Positions 25,404 through 34,973 of a DNA stretch of 64,000 nucleotides are shown piece after piece. The notes beneath the pieces are model-generated. The model made no database searches and was not told where the DNA came from. It worked only from the letters and a program-made list of their open reading frames with translations. Each line of letters starts with the position of its first letter. The stretch's first letter is position 1. A program made the position numbers and the translations under genes. Origin of the DNA: a virus; the IMG/VR virus record IMGVR_UViG_3300004481_000389. One strand, written 5' to 3'.

Positions 25404-28400
25404 TGTTTGGCATTTTATTCGATGATGCTGGCAATCCTAAATTGACCACACAGGCGCTTGAGCTTACTAGCAAGCTGCAAAATATTGTTGATAGCCTCAA
25501 AACGCCACAAAATAGCCTAGAAGGCCTTTTGTCTGAAATTGGCACTATCACACGTGGTAATCACTTAATTGCGGATTTGAAGCAATTAGGCGGCAATATC
25601 GGCGGTGTTTCATTGCAAATTAATGATGATCCAGCAATTCCATTGTCAAAACCACGTAAAAAGACGGATCAGCACTACAATTTCCAGCAAAACAACACAA
25701 AGAACAAACGCCAAAAGGACAACATTGCGGCGGTGGAATTGGTGCGCCAATACAATGCGGGTGAAATCACTTTAGATTCCATTACCGATGAGCAAAAAGA
25801 CATTTTAGGCCGATACACCGGGAACGGCGGCAACTTGCTCGATGTGGAAACAGGTATGCGCGGCTCAGACTATGAGTATTACACGCCTAAGCCTATTGCT
25901 TCTGGTATTTGGGACGTTCTAAATGATATGGGCTTTGGTGGCGGTAAAGTGCTGGACCCATGCGCTGGTGTAGGTATTTTTGGTGCTACTGCACCATTAA
26001 ATGCGGCTATTGATGCTGTAGAGCTGGATAAGACTAGCGGCACGATCAATAAGCTGATTAATGAATCAGACAGCTATAACGTGCGTGTAAGTAATTTTGA
26101 GAGTGTGGCAGCGCGTACACCAGATGAATCATACGATGCCATTGTGGCTAACGTTCCATTTGGTAGTAATCGCGGTCGTAACTTCAAATACGATGAAAAA
26201 TACCAGAAAGCTAGTCTTGAGTATTACTTCATCATGCGTTCCCTGGAAAAGCTTAAAGGCGGTGGCTTGGCTGCATTCCTGGTACCGGATCGCTGCATGA
26301 CAGGCAAATCAAGTAAAGAACGTGCATTGCGCCAGGATTCAAGCCTACTGGGTGAATTTTTGGGAGCGTATCGCTTGCCTAACAAAGTATTTGGCGCTGC
26401 AGCAGCAGATACCATTACTTGTGTGATGTTCTACCGCAAACATAGCAAAGCGGCTTTAGAGAAGGTCAGCGACCTCTATTCTGGTGGTGAAGCTAAGACG
26501 CTTTCTGATGCTCAAGTGCTATGGGATTCATTTGTTGATGGCAAATACTTTGAAACCAGCGAAGGTAAAAAGCGCGTCCTGGGTGATGACTTCATCAAAG
26601 CAGAGGAAGGCGATAAATACGGGCGTGATCAACTAACTTCTAGTGAAGATATTTTGGCAATCGCTAAGCGTATGCTGGTTCACAAATTGCCGAAAACCCG
26701 TATTGACTGGGCTTTGCTGGATGAAACCGAAGCTTTCCCAATTTCTTACAATGAAGGCGATACCATTACCCAACGTGGCCAGACTTTGCAGCTGGTGAAT
26801 GGTAATTGGGTCGTATTGAATCCAAGCCCTGAAAACAACGCAAAAATGGACCTGCTAAGTGATGCACAGGACCCATACAGTGCTTTTGTTTCCAATATTA
26901 CGATTGAACAGGTCGATGAATTAGCCGACCACATGAAAAAAATGTCTATGGCGCTGGATATGCCGCCGTGGATGGGTCAAATGCGTGTTGCTTTGGCGGG
27001 TGGTAAAACCCTGGACCAACGCAAGCAGCTTTACAAGCCAATCCTGATTGGTATGTGTGTAAAGCAGATCATGGATGAGGAAGGGCTAGATTCAGGCACC
27101 AACTTCAAAGAGAAATACCAGGATCTATCGGCTGAAATGGAGCGTTACGCCTCAGATGCCAATAAAGTGAAAGGTGTTGAAGGTGAAGCGAAGCTTGCAA
27201 TCCTGGAATACAAAAAGCATTACAAGAAAGGGACCGGATTTAGCTCAATTTGGCTTGGTGAAATTCGCCAGGTAACAGAAGTTGAAATGACCCCGGACGC
27301 AAGCCTGGACGGCGTGATTTATGTGAATAAATCGCCGTGGTTCACTGTTGAACAGGCTAGAGCCTCACTTGGTCCAGACTTTGACCCATTTAAGGACCCT
27401 GAATACTGCCTATCTGATGATGGCAATAAAATCTGTCGTTCTGATGATTACTATGTTGGCAACCTGGGTGAGTTTTTAAAGCGGATCGATCCGGCAATTG
27501 AAAATGCAGCCAATGATTCAATCCGAAATAAGCTACTGGCACAGAAAAAGGCGGCGTTTGAACGTGTGACTAAGATCGATGTTCAAGAAATGCACTTCAA
27601 CCTATTTTCGCCATACGTGACGATTGAAGAAAAAGCAGAGTTTTTGCGCCGTTCCGTACATGCCAGTGCGCGTGTGGTTGATGTTGATGGTGAAAAAACA
27701 ATTTCATTCAACGTAACTTCATCGGAAAAGGATAAAAACAATCGTGCCAAGTACATTGGCCGCCTGGAAAGCTATTTGAAGCATGGCAATGTCTCCTTGC
27801 AGGGCATTAAAATCGAAGGTATTTCTGAGGAAAAGCAGCTCGAAGAACTCCGAAGCTTTATCAACAAAACCAACGATAAATTTAATAGCTATGTGCGTTC
27901 TAATACCAGGATTACTAACCGCCTAGAAAGTACGGCAAACGATCCTAAAAACATGCGTTTTAAGCAGCTTGAAGATACTAAGGACTTGATTGTTCAAGGT
28001 ATGAATCCAGAGCTTAAATTGCACACGTATCAACGCGCTTTCGTGCGTAAAATGTCGCGTGATTTCAGCGGTATCAATGGCTTTGATGTGGGCTTAGGTA
28101 AAACCTTTACGGCACTTGCATCGGTCCAATACGTGCAGTCTATTGGCGTTAAAAAGCGCACTATGTTTGTGGTCCCAGGATCGGTGCTATCAAACTGGCG
28201 TAAAGAAGCATTGCGGGCATATAAAACGATTGATGATTGTTTGTTTGTGGGCTTGCGTGAAAACGGTGATGGCAACCTAATTGCTGATTCCAAGTATTAC
28301 GATGAAGATTTAATGTCGATTGTGAGCAACAAGCCGAATAAGATTTTTATCAGCTTTGAAGCTTTTGAGCGCATTAAATTAAAGGCTGAAACTATTGAGC

Positions 28401-31400
28401 ATTTTGAGAATCATATTCGCTCGGTTGATGCCTCGTTTATGGAAGATGATAGCCGTAAAAATGAGGAAAAAACCCAGGCGAAACTTGAAGGCCTAACCGC
28501 TATTTTGTCGAAAAAGACAGGCGCGGCACCTTATCTTGAGCAATTGGGGATTGATTCAATCGTGATTGATGAAGCCCATGCTTATAAAAACTCAAGTGCT
28601 GTGCGTGAATTTAAGGGCGGTAAATACCTATCAACCGCTGGCATGTCTGGCCGTGGTATCGATGCACAATGTAAGGCCTGGTTTATCCGTGGTATGTCGG
28701 ATCGTAAAGACGGCGTATTGCTACTGACTGCTACCCCGATTACCAATAGCCCGCTTGAAGTCTATTCAATGATGAGCCTGGCGGTTGGCCATGAGCGCGT
28801 GAACAGTTTAGCTATGGGTGTATCTGGTGCTGATGACTTCATGAATGCTGTGTGTGTCATGGAAGATGAACAGGAAGAATCTATCGATGGCCAAATGAGT
28901 AACAAGCGTATCTTTAAAGGCCTAAGTAACCCGGCAATGTTACGCAATCTTATTTCTGATGTGGCCACAATTAAAACCGCCGATGATGTAGGCGCGCAAA
29001 TCGTGGTACCAGATGAAGATACTCAAGAAACGATAGTAACGCTTGATAAGTATTCCCAGGATAAGCTGGATACTTATAAGAATGCCTATCGCTATGCTAT
29101 GGACCTGATCCGTGACCGTGCTTTGCCATTTGGCCCAGGTGTGGCGGCGTATGATTACGTTAAGCAGCAATTTGGTGAAAAGGACGATGTAATCGCGCAT
29201 CCATTTAACTTGATCAATAAAATGACGATGTTAATTGCCGATCCTGACCTGGATAAGCAATACACCAAGTACGTGATTGGCCAGGACCAAAAAGAGGCAC
29301 TTGATAAGGTTCTAGCTGAGTGGGATAAGAAGCGACCTAAAGAGGACCGTGGCCGTATTAGCCCGCATACTCAAGAAAGCGATTACTCCTTAAAGATCAA
29401 GAAGAACAAGGATACAGGTGAGGAAACAGCGATTTATACAATTCAGGTTCGCGCCTGGGCTGATAATGCCAATGTTTACCTGGATTCTACCGACTGGAAA
29501 ACACAAGAAGCATTCGAGACGCTGGCCGAAAAACACGGACTAGGCCTGGATTGCGTCATGTCTCCAAAAATGGCCGCTATGATCGATAACCTCAAGCGTG
29601 AAAACTCGCATGTTCGCGGTGTGAATGCTCAAGGTGAAAAAGCGCCGTATGCGAAACAGATTGTTTTCTGTGACATTTTGGGTATCCACAACAAAATGCG
29701 TAAGTTGATCGCTAAGCATTTAGGTGTTTCAGCAAGCCAGATCGCTATTGTGACCGGACAGCGAAATAATGATGCAGCTGAAATTTTGGAGATTCAAAAT
29801 AACTTCAATGATTATGGTGAAGATAACTATCGCATCATCATTGCCAACAAGAAGGCCGAAGTCGGTATTAACTTGCAAATCGGTACTCAGGCAATTCATC
29901 ACTACACAATTGGCTGGACCCCGGATAGCTTGCAACAACGTAACGGTCGCGGTGTGAGACAGGGCAACAAGACAGAAAAAGTAACTGTGTATCATTATGA
30001 CGCGCAAGGTACTTTTGATGCAGCTAAGCGCACCCTGGTAAACAATAAAGCTGACTGGATCGGTGAGCTGATGGACGGTCAAGGTTCTGAGAGCATTAAG
30101 ATTGTAGGCGGTATGTCCAATGAGCAGATCCGGGCGCTGGCTGAATTTGCGGGCGGTGATGCTTTAGAAGCCATGCAAGCCGAAATTGCACGTAATGAAA
30201 AAATGCGTCATGAAAAGGAAAATGTGGAGCGTCAAAAAGCATTACTTGAGACGGCAAAACAGCAACAAGACTTTCTTGATAAGAACAAGGATTTTTCAGG
30301 ATGGGTTAAACGTGACTTTGATGCTTTGATGCAAACCGCCTCAAGTGTCGGCAAGCTGGAACGTTTAATCAAAAAAGAAAATGATCTTAAAGCTGATCTA
30401 GCTGAAATCGTAGCAAGTAGTGGCTCAGTGAAGGACGTACAAGCCAAACTGAACAATATTGAGAAATCAAAACTCAAGCTTGAAAACGAAATGCGCCAGG
30501 CGAATAAGCTAATGGCTCGTATTGCCGGGGCGGTAAATGCGGTAGTTGCAAATTACAACTTTGAGCAAATTGCACCAGATAAAGCAGCGTATGTGATCAA
30601 TAAAAAGTTCCGTGAACGTGCTGAACAGCCACATTCTAAGGCCACACTTACAGATACTTTTTATGATCATGAAGATGGTGTGCGTTATGGCGTAAAAGTG
30701 AAGGCTAAGGAGGAAGTGGAAGGCTCAGAACTTTACAATGAGTGGAGCTTTGAGGTTGATTCTGCAGCTGGCTTGATCCGTGAAACGGTGAAGCAATTTA
30801 AAGAACGTGCGAAGGTTGATAATTCAATCAATGAGCGCGTGATTGATGACTTTATCGGTGAAGATCGAAATGGCCAGATTAGCCCGTCCGGTGTTTTATT
30901 TTCAAAGTCTTGTTTCCTGGTGAAAAACAACGACCCTAAACAAGCGGTTTATTACTTTACAGGTGTGCCACAAGAAAATCAGTATGGTTCTAAAATTAAG
31001 GGCTTGATCAATGGTGAAAGGACCGATACTGAATTTAACTATGATTTTGTAGATCAACCTGAGTACAGCGTGGCTTATCCTGATTCTGATTTATATACGC
31101 AGTGCTGCATTGCCCTGGCTGAATATGAAGATTCATTGGTAGGCACCGTTTCCACTAAAGAAGGCAACCTATTTAGTGATGTTATGCCGGATATTTTGAA
31201 ATATCGTAAGGGTATTATCGAAATCGCTTTTGAGTACGCTAACAGCTACTTGCAGGGCCACTATTACCCATACGTGATGAATGCACATGAGCCAGATAAA
31301 TTGAGCGATTTTGAGAAAGCAGTTGTTAAACAGCAATCAGAAATCGTATTGAGACATACGAAATATCATTTCTATGTATTGGCTGAAAATGAGCATTTAA

Positions 31401-32131
31401 TTACCAAAAATCGCCCGACCATTGGTAATAAAACCGCAGTGATCCGTGACTTTTGTTTAGCCAATAACTTTAAGGCCAGTGTTTCTGATATTCCGGTATC
31501 TTTTAAACTGTCTGTTGAATTGGCGAATTACATTCGAGAAGGTGATGCTAAGGATCGATTATTTACCTTTATTGACCGGGCAAAATTTGAGACGGTGGCT
31601 GCATTCCGTGAAGCTTTGGCCCAGGTGGTATGTGATGAATTTACACCGTTTATTCATGATATGGAGCCGGATACGTCAATCATGCTGGACGTAGTAGATC
31701 GAGTTTATGAGGTGAGTAATATCTATCGCACTAAACAAGCTGAAATTCTGGCAATTGAGAAAGCAGCTCAAGCGATTAATGCACCGGAAGTACAAGAGCC
31801 TCAGCCGATTGATGTGACGATCCATGAGCCGGATATAGAGCCTGGTGCTATTCCAAAAACTGCAATCATCCGTGTGGAGACTAACGGCTTTAATACTTTG
31901 CCGTATCGTGAAAAATTCCGGGAATATTCGGATGAGATTCAAAATGCGACAAGTTATGCTAAACCTGATCATTGGTCGAAGTACAATAAGCGTTTTAGCA
32001 ATGCCTCCGCTTGTTGGAATAAACCGCTTAAACAGTGGGAAATTCCATACGGTGCATGGCAGCTATTCGAGCAGCGTGATAGCGAACTGACAGATGCTTG
32101 CACATTCACAGTAATTTATGGCGGGGTTTAA
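25403..32131 (+). CDS. 2242-aa N6-adenine methyltransferase plus SNF2-type helicase fusion (P1 DarB-like)
   Basis: Methyltransferase motif I VLDPCAGVGIFG (aa ~183) and motif IV IVANVPFG (aa ~248). Helicase motifs are GLGKT (aa ~897), VIDEAHAYKN, LLLTATPITN and QQRNGRGVRQGN. Confidence 0.75.
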   Translation: MFGILFDDAGNPKLTTQALELTSKLQNIVDSLKTPQNSLEGLLSEIGTITRGNHLIADLKQLGGNIGGVSLQINDDPAIPLSKPRKKTDQHYNFQQNNTKNKRQKDNIAAVELVRQYNAGEITLDSITDEQKDILGRYTGNGGNLLDVETGMRGSDYEYYTPKPIASGIWDVLNDMGFGGGKVLDPCAGVGIFGATAPLNAAIDAVELDKTSGTINKLINESDSYNVRVSNFESVAARTPDESYDAIVANVPFGSNRGRNFKYDEKYQKASLEYYFIMRSLEKLKGGGLAAFLVPDRCMTGKSSKERALRQDSSLLGEFLGAYRLPNKVFGAAAADTITCVMFYRKHSKAALEKVSDLYSGGEAKTLSDAQVLWDSFVDGKYFETSEGKKRVLGDDFIKAEEGDKYGRDQLTSSEDILAIAKRMLVHKLPKTRIDWALLDETEAFPISYNEGDTITQRGQTLQLVNGNWVVLNPSPENNAKMDLLSDAQDPYSAFVSNITIEQVDELADHMKKMSMALDMPPWMGQMRVALAGGKTLDQRKQLYKPILIGMCVKQIMDEEGLDSGTNFKEKYQDLSAEMERYASDANKVKGVEGEAKLAILEYKKHYKKGTGFSSIWLGEIRQVTEVEMTPDASLDGVIYVNKSPWFTVEQARASLGPDFDPFKDPEYCLSDDGNKICRSDDYYVGNLGEFLKRIDPAIENAANDSIRNKLLAQKKAAFERVTKIDVQEMHFNLFSPYVTIEEKAEFLRRSVHASARVVDVDGEKTISFNVTSSEKDKNNRAKYIGRLESYLKHGNVSLQGIKIEGISEEKQLEELRSFINKTNDKFNSYVRSNTRITNRLESTANDPKNMRFKQLEDTKDLIVQGMNPELKLHTYQRAFVRKMSRDFSGINGFDVGLGKTFTALASVQYVQSIGVKKRTMFVVPGSVLSNWRKEALRAYKTIDDCLFVGLRENGDGNLIADSKYYDEDLMSIVSNKPNKIFISFEAFERIKLKAETIEHFENHIRSVDASFMEDDSRKNEEKTQAKLEGLTAILSKKTGAAPYLEQLGIDSIVIDEAHAYKNSSAVREFKGGKYLSTAGMSGRGIDAQCKAWFIRGMSDRKDGVLLLTATPITNSPLEVYSMMSLAVGHERVNSLAMGVSGADDFMNAVCVMEDEQEESIDGQMSNKRIFKGLSNPAMLRNLISDVATIKTADDVGAQIVVPDEDTQETIVTLDKYSQDKLDTYKNAYRYAMDLIRDRALPFGPGVAAYDYVKQQFGEKDDVIAHPFNLINKMTMLIADPDLDKQYTKYVIGQDQKEALDKVLAEWDKKRPKEDRGRISPHTQESDYSLKIKKNKDTGEETAIYTIQVRAWADNANVYLDSTDWKTQEAFETLAEKHGLGLDCVMSPKMAAMIDNLKRENSHVRGVNAQGEKAPYAKQIVFCDILGIHNKMRKLIAKHLGVSASQIAIVTGQRNNDAAEILEIQNNFNDYGEDNYRIIIANKKAEVGINLQIGTQAIHHYTIGWTPDSLQQRNGRGVRQGNKTEKVTVYHYDAQGTFDAAKRTLVNNKADWIGELMDGQGSESIKIVGGMSNEQIRALAEFAGGDALEAMQAEIARNEKMRHEKENVERQKALLETAKQQQDFLDKNKDFSGWVKRDFDALMQTASSVGKLERLIKKENDLKADLAEIVASSGSVKDVQAKLNNIEKSKLKLENEMRQANKLMARIAGAVNAVVANYNFEQIAPDKAAYVINKKFRERAEQPHSKATLTDTFYDHEDGVRYGVKVKAKEEVEGSELYNEWSFEVDSAAGLIRETVKQFKERAKVDNSINERVIDDFIGEDRNGQISPSGVLFSKSCFLVKNNDPKQAVYYFTGVPQENQYGSKIKGLINGERTDTEFNYDFVDQPEYSVAYPDSDLYTQCCIALAEYEDSLVGTVSTKEGNLFSDVMPDILKYRKGIIEIAFEYANSYLQGHYYPYVMNAHEPDKLSDFEKAVVKQQSEIVLRHTKYHFYVLAENEHLITKNRPTIGNKTAVIRDFCLANNFKASVSDIPVSFKLSVELANYIREGDAKDRLFTFIDRAKFETVAAFREALAQVVCDEFTPFIHDMEPDTSIMLDVVDRVYEVSNIYRTKQAEILAIEKAAQAINAPEVQEPQPIDVTIHEPDIEPGAIPKTAIIRVETNGFNTLPYREKFREYSDEIQNATSYAKPDHWSKYNKRFSNASACWNKPLKQWEIPYGAWQLFEQRDSELTDACTFTVIYGGV

Positions 32132-32136
32132 AACTA

Positions 32137-32556
32137 ATGGCATTTTCTGAATTTTTATTCGATAAGGCCTATATTGATGAGGTGGCCGCAAATGCGGCTG
32201 CTTCACTCAAGGCAAATCGTGGTTTTTCTAACCTGGAAGGGTTCGCGGCTGGTGTAATTCAACGCCGTTTAGCAAAGGACCCGGCTCGTTATCTGGACTA
32301 TGGTGTTTATTGGCCAGCCTTAAAAGCGGTGCTGCATAAGCATGGCTTTGATTTTGGCGCGCCAGTTTATCCGCAACTTTGCGCGGTTTATTGCGGCGAT
32401 AATGACTTACAGACAATCATTATGGCTGATGAATTTAGGAATGATTATCTGGCCACTCAGTTTGTGGGTACCAGGACCTTTTTAGTCGATAAAGAGACGG
32501 GTGAGGAAATCATTTTGATCGATGATGACATGGAAGGGAAAGCCCTCAATTCATAA
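32137..32556 (+). CDS. hypothetical protein downstream of the giant gene
   Basis: The ATG at 32137 is preferred over the track start at 32098. 139 aa. Confidence 0.5.
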   Translation: MAFSEFLFDKAYIDEVAANAAASLKANRGFSNLEGFAAGVIQRRLAKDPARYLDYGVYWPALKAVLHKHGFDFGAPVYPQLCAVYCGDNDLQTIIMADEFRNDYLATQFVGTRTFLVDKETGEEIILIDDDMEGKALNS

Positions 32557-32561
32557 CCCTG

Positions 32562-32596
32562 GAAGGCCCGTTTAAATAGCGGGCCTTCTTGTTTTT
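32562..32596 (+). terminator. rho-independent terminator
   Basis: gaaggcccg-tttaaatag-cgggccttc followed by ttgttttt. Confidence 0.8.
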
Positions 32597-32610
32597 GCAT
32601 ATAGGAAAAG

Positions 32611-34188
32611 TTGCCGTTTTCACTCATGGGCCGCGTTTATCGTGGAATGATGAAAAATGTATCTAATTCTCCGAAAGGGCGCGGTAATTTTCTAAACAAC
32701 TTTGGCATTTCTGCTAAAAAATGGGGTTCGGAAAATTTACCACTCGCCAATGAAATCACTCAGACCGATCTAACATTATACGGGTCCGGTTCGACTACAG
32801 TTGCCTCTTTATTATCTAGTGGTTCCAGGACTGCTAGAACTCGTCAAAATATCTATGACAAATGGGCCTTAATGGAAAGTGACCCGATCATTTCCACGGC
32901 CTTAAAGATCCTTGTAACCTCCGCTTTGGGTGGCCATGAGACAAGCGGGGACCTGGTATTTTTGGAGACAAAACCAGGCCTGGCGAAAAACGATAAGCGC
33001 ATGAAGTATATAGACGAAATCAGGGCAGACCTGGTGCCGCTATTTAACAAAGTAGCTTATACAAGTAGCTACCTGGCTGCTGCTTTTGGTGATTCTTATG
33101 TCCGGGTTCACTCCAATAAAAATGGCATTCAGGATCTTTATATTGGTGAATTGGTACGCCCTACATTGATCCAACCGTTTGAACGTGGCAGTCGCACGGT
33201 CGGCTATGCTGTTTCCTCCGGTGCAAAGAATTTCCAGCGCCTCGATGCCCTCCAAATGGCGCGAATGAAGCTGCCCCGTACCCAGTGGATACCTCAAGTT
33301 GGTGTGGTCGAAAAATCAATGCGCTATGCGCTTGAAATCGATGATATGGATGAATTGCCACTTATGCCCGCAATGGTCGGCGGCTCACTCTTATATTCGG
33401 CTGAATCGCCGTATGACAACCTCACATCATCATTGCTTGGCCTGGTTGGTCAGCGGTGGATGGATTCAATCGATGAGCAGCTGCTCACAGTGAATCTTGA
33501 AGGCATGGATAAAAGCCAGCAATCACGCTTCCTGGAATCCATGAAAAAGATGCTGATTAAGTCTAAGCAAATTGCTGAAAACGCTGTGAAGCGTAACAGG
33601 CCTGTCATGGAGCGTATTCGTCATGTGGTCCCAGTATTCAGCGAAAAGCAGCTCACACAGGTTGCGGGCAATGTAGGCGGCCAGCGTAGTGCCAATGTAT
33701 CAATTGAGGACATTATGCTACATGCGCGCTTGCTGTCCGGTTCAATGGGTGTGGATCTGTCCATGCTTGGCTTTGCCGATCAGCTGGCGGGTGGCCTGGG
33801 TGAAGGTGGATTTTTCAGAACATCGGCCCAAATTGGGGAAAGCTCACGGACCATTAGAACGGCCCAGGCTGAATTTTATGATTCGATCATTGATATTCAC
33901 ACGTATAAAAAATACGGCTTTGTCTTTGATAAAAATGACCGTCCTTTTTCAATCAATTTCTATGGGTCCATTAGTGCGCTAGAAAACGAAAAACAGGCGA
34001 CCCGTGCCAATGCAATGAACGGCGGCTTGATGTTGGTTCAGGCCATGCAGCAATTTAAGGACCTGGGCGCTGATAAGGAAATGATGAAGCAATTTCTGAT
34101 GCAGACCATGTTGCTTGATGAGGATATTGCTCAGCTATACAGCGCAATTGTTGATGTTAAAGGGGGTGAGGATGAGCCTCTACAATAA
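32611..34188 (+). CDS. portal protein (head-to-tail connector family)
   Basis: NIYDKWALMESDPIISTALKILVTSAL matches the N-terminal portal signature (Y..y..M..dPeI..Al). 525 aa. Start uncertain: TTG at 32611 or ATG at 32626 or 32647. Confidence 0.55.
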   Translation: MPFSLMGRVYRGMMKNVSNSPKGRGNFLNNFGISAKKWGSENLPLANEITQTDLTLYGSGSTTVASLLSSGSRTARTRQNIYDKWALMESDPIISTALKILVTSALGGHETSGDLVFLETKPGLAKNDKRMKYIDEIRADLVPLFNKVAYTSSYLAAAFGDSYVRVHSNKNGIQDLYIGELVRPTLIQPFERGSRTVGYAVSSGAKNFQRLDALQMARMKLPRTQWIPQVGVVEKSMRYALEIDDMDELPLMPAMVGGSLLYSAESPYDNLTSSLLGLVGQRWMDSIDEQLLTVNLEGMDKSQQSRFLESMKKMLIKSKQIAENAVKRNRPVMERIRHVVPVFSEKQLTQVAGNVGGQRSANVSIEDIMLHARLLSGSMGVDLSMLGFADQLAGGLGEGGFFRTSAQIGESSRTIRTAQAEFYDSIIDIHTYKKYGFVFDKNDRPFSINFYGSISALENEKQATRANAMNGGLMLVQAMQQFKDLGADKEMMKQFLMQTMLLDEDIAQLYSAIVDVKGGEDEPLQ

Positions 34189-34969
34189 CATTGCGAAAAA
34201 ATCCAAACAATCGGGCCTGGTGAGCGCAATTACTAAAGGCGCTCAGTCTGTTGTTGGATCAGCTATTAACAAGACCATGAATAGCTCACTGGCCAGCCCT
34301 CTATTCGATCAGGCGGCCAAAATAGGTATTACGCCAGACCTGGCTAGTTTTGTGGCGAATGAGTTTGCCGGGCAATACATTTCAGACAAGGTTAGTGAAG
34401 CAGAATCATTAATCAAAAAGCAAATAAGTACCTGGATTAACAAGATTGGCGGGGGCTTTAAGGGGATTCCTGAAAAAGCCCAGTACCGTGAATTTATTGC
34501 GCTTAGTCGTGCCAGAAAAAACAATTTTATTGTTCAGGTTGAAAGTAATTTGACGGGTGATTTCTCCAAAAAGATGAATCTATTTGTCACAGACATAGAT
34601 TTAAACCCGATGAATATTTCAGGCGAAAAACGGCGGGTCGGTGGTGGATTTATTGATGCGCCGACCGGGGCCGAAGCTACTGAGATTCGTATCACAACTA
34701 TGGATGATAAGGCGGGAACGATTAAGAAGTGGTTTGAGCAGCAATGTGCTGCAGTCGTGGCTGCTGATGGGACATTTGGTGTGCCAGCCAGTTATGGAAT
34801 CACAATTAAAGTCTTACATGCTGTGGTGAATGGTCAAAACTCAAAAGATGCCTTTACTAATAAGGGGTTATATCGTGCGGCCTCTTATGAGGTGCAGTTG
34901 TCCCGCAGAGAACAGGCCATGCAAGAAGTGACCCTCACTTTCACTCAACTTGATTCATTTAGAAGGTAG
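34172..34969 (+). CDS. virion protein between portal and tape measure
   Basis: The ATG at 34172 has a GGGGGTGAGG RBS and overlaps the portal 3' end. 265 aa. Confidence 0.5.
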   Translation: MSLYNNIAKKSKQSGLVSAITKGAQSVVGSAINKTMNSSLASPLFDQAAKIGITPDLASFVANEFAGQYISDKVSEAESLIKKQISTWINKIGGGFKGIPEKAQYREFIALSRARKNNFIVQVESNLTGDFSKKMNLFVTDIDLNPMNISGEKRRVGGGFIDAPTGAEATEIRITTMDDKAGTIKKWFEQQCAAVVAADGTFGVPASYGITIKVLHAVVNGQNSKDAFTNKGLYRAASYEVQLSRREQAMQEVTLTFTQLDSFRR

Positions 34970-34973
34970 TAAA

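Noticed and set aside
25403-32131. The methyltransferase plus SNF2 giant gene as part of a host-type defence system (BREX or DISARM-like)
   Set aside because: I see no partner genes (PglZ, BrxC, DrmA/B-like) nearby. The gene is embedded in the virion operons next to the portal, which fits a phage counter-defence (DarB-like) role better.
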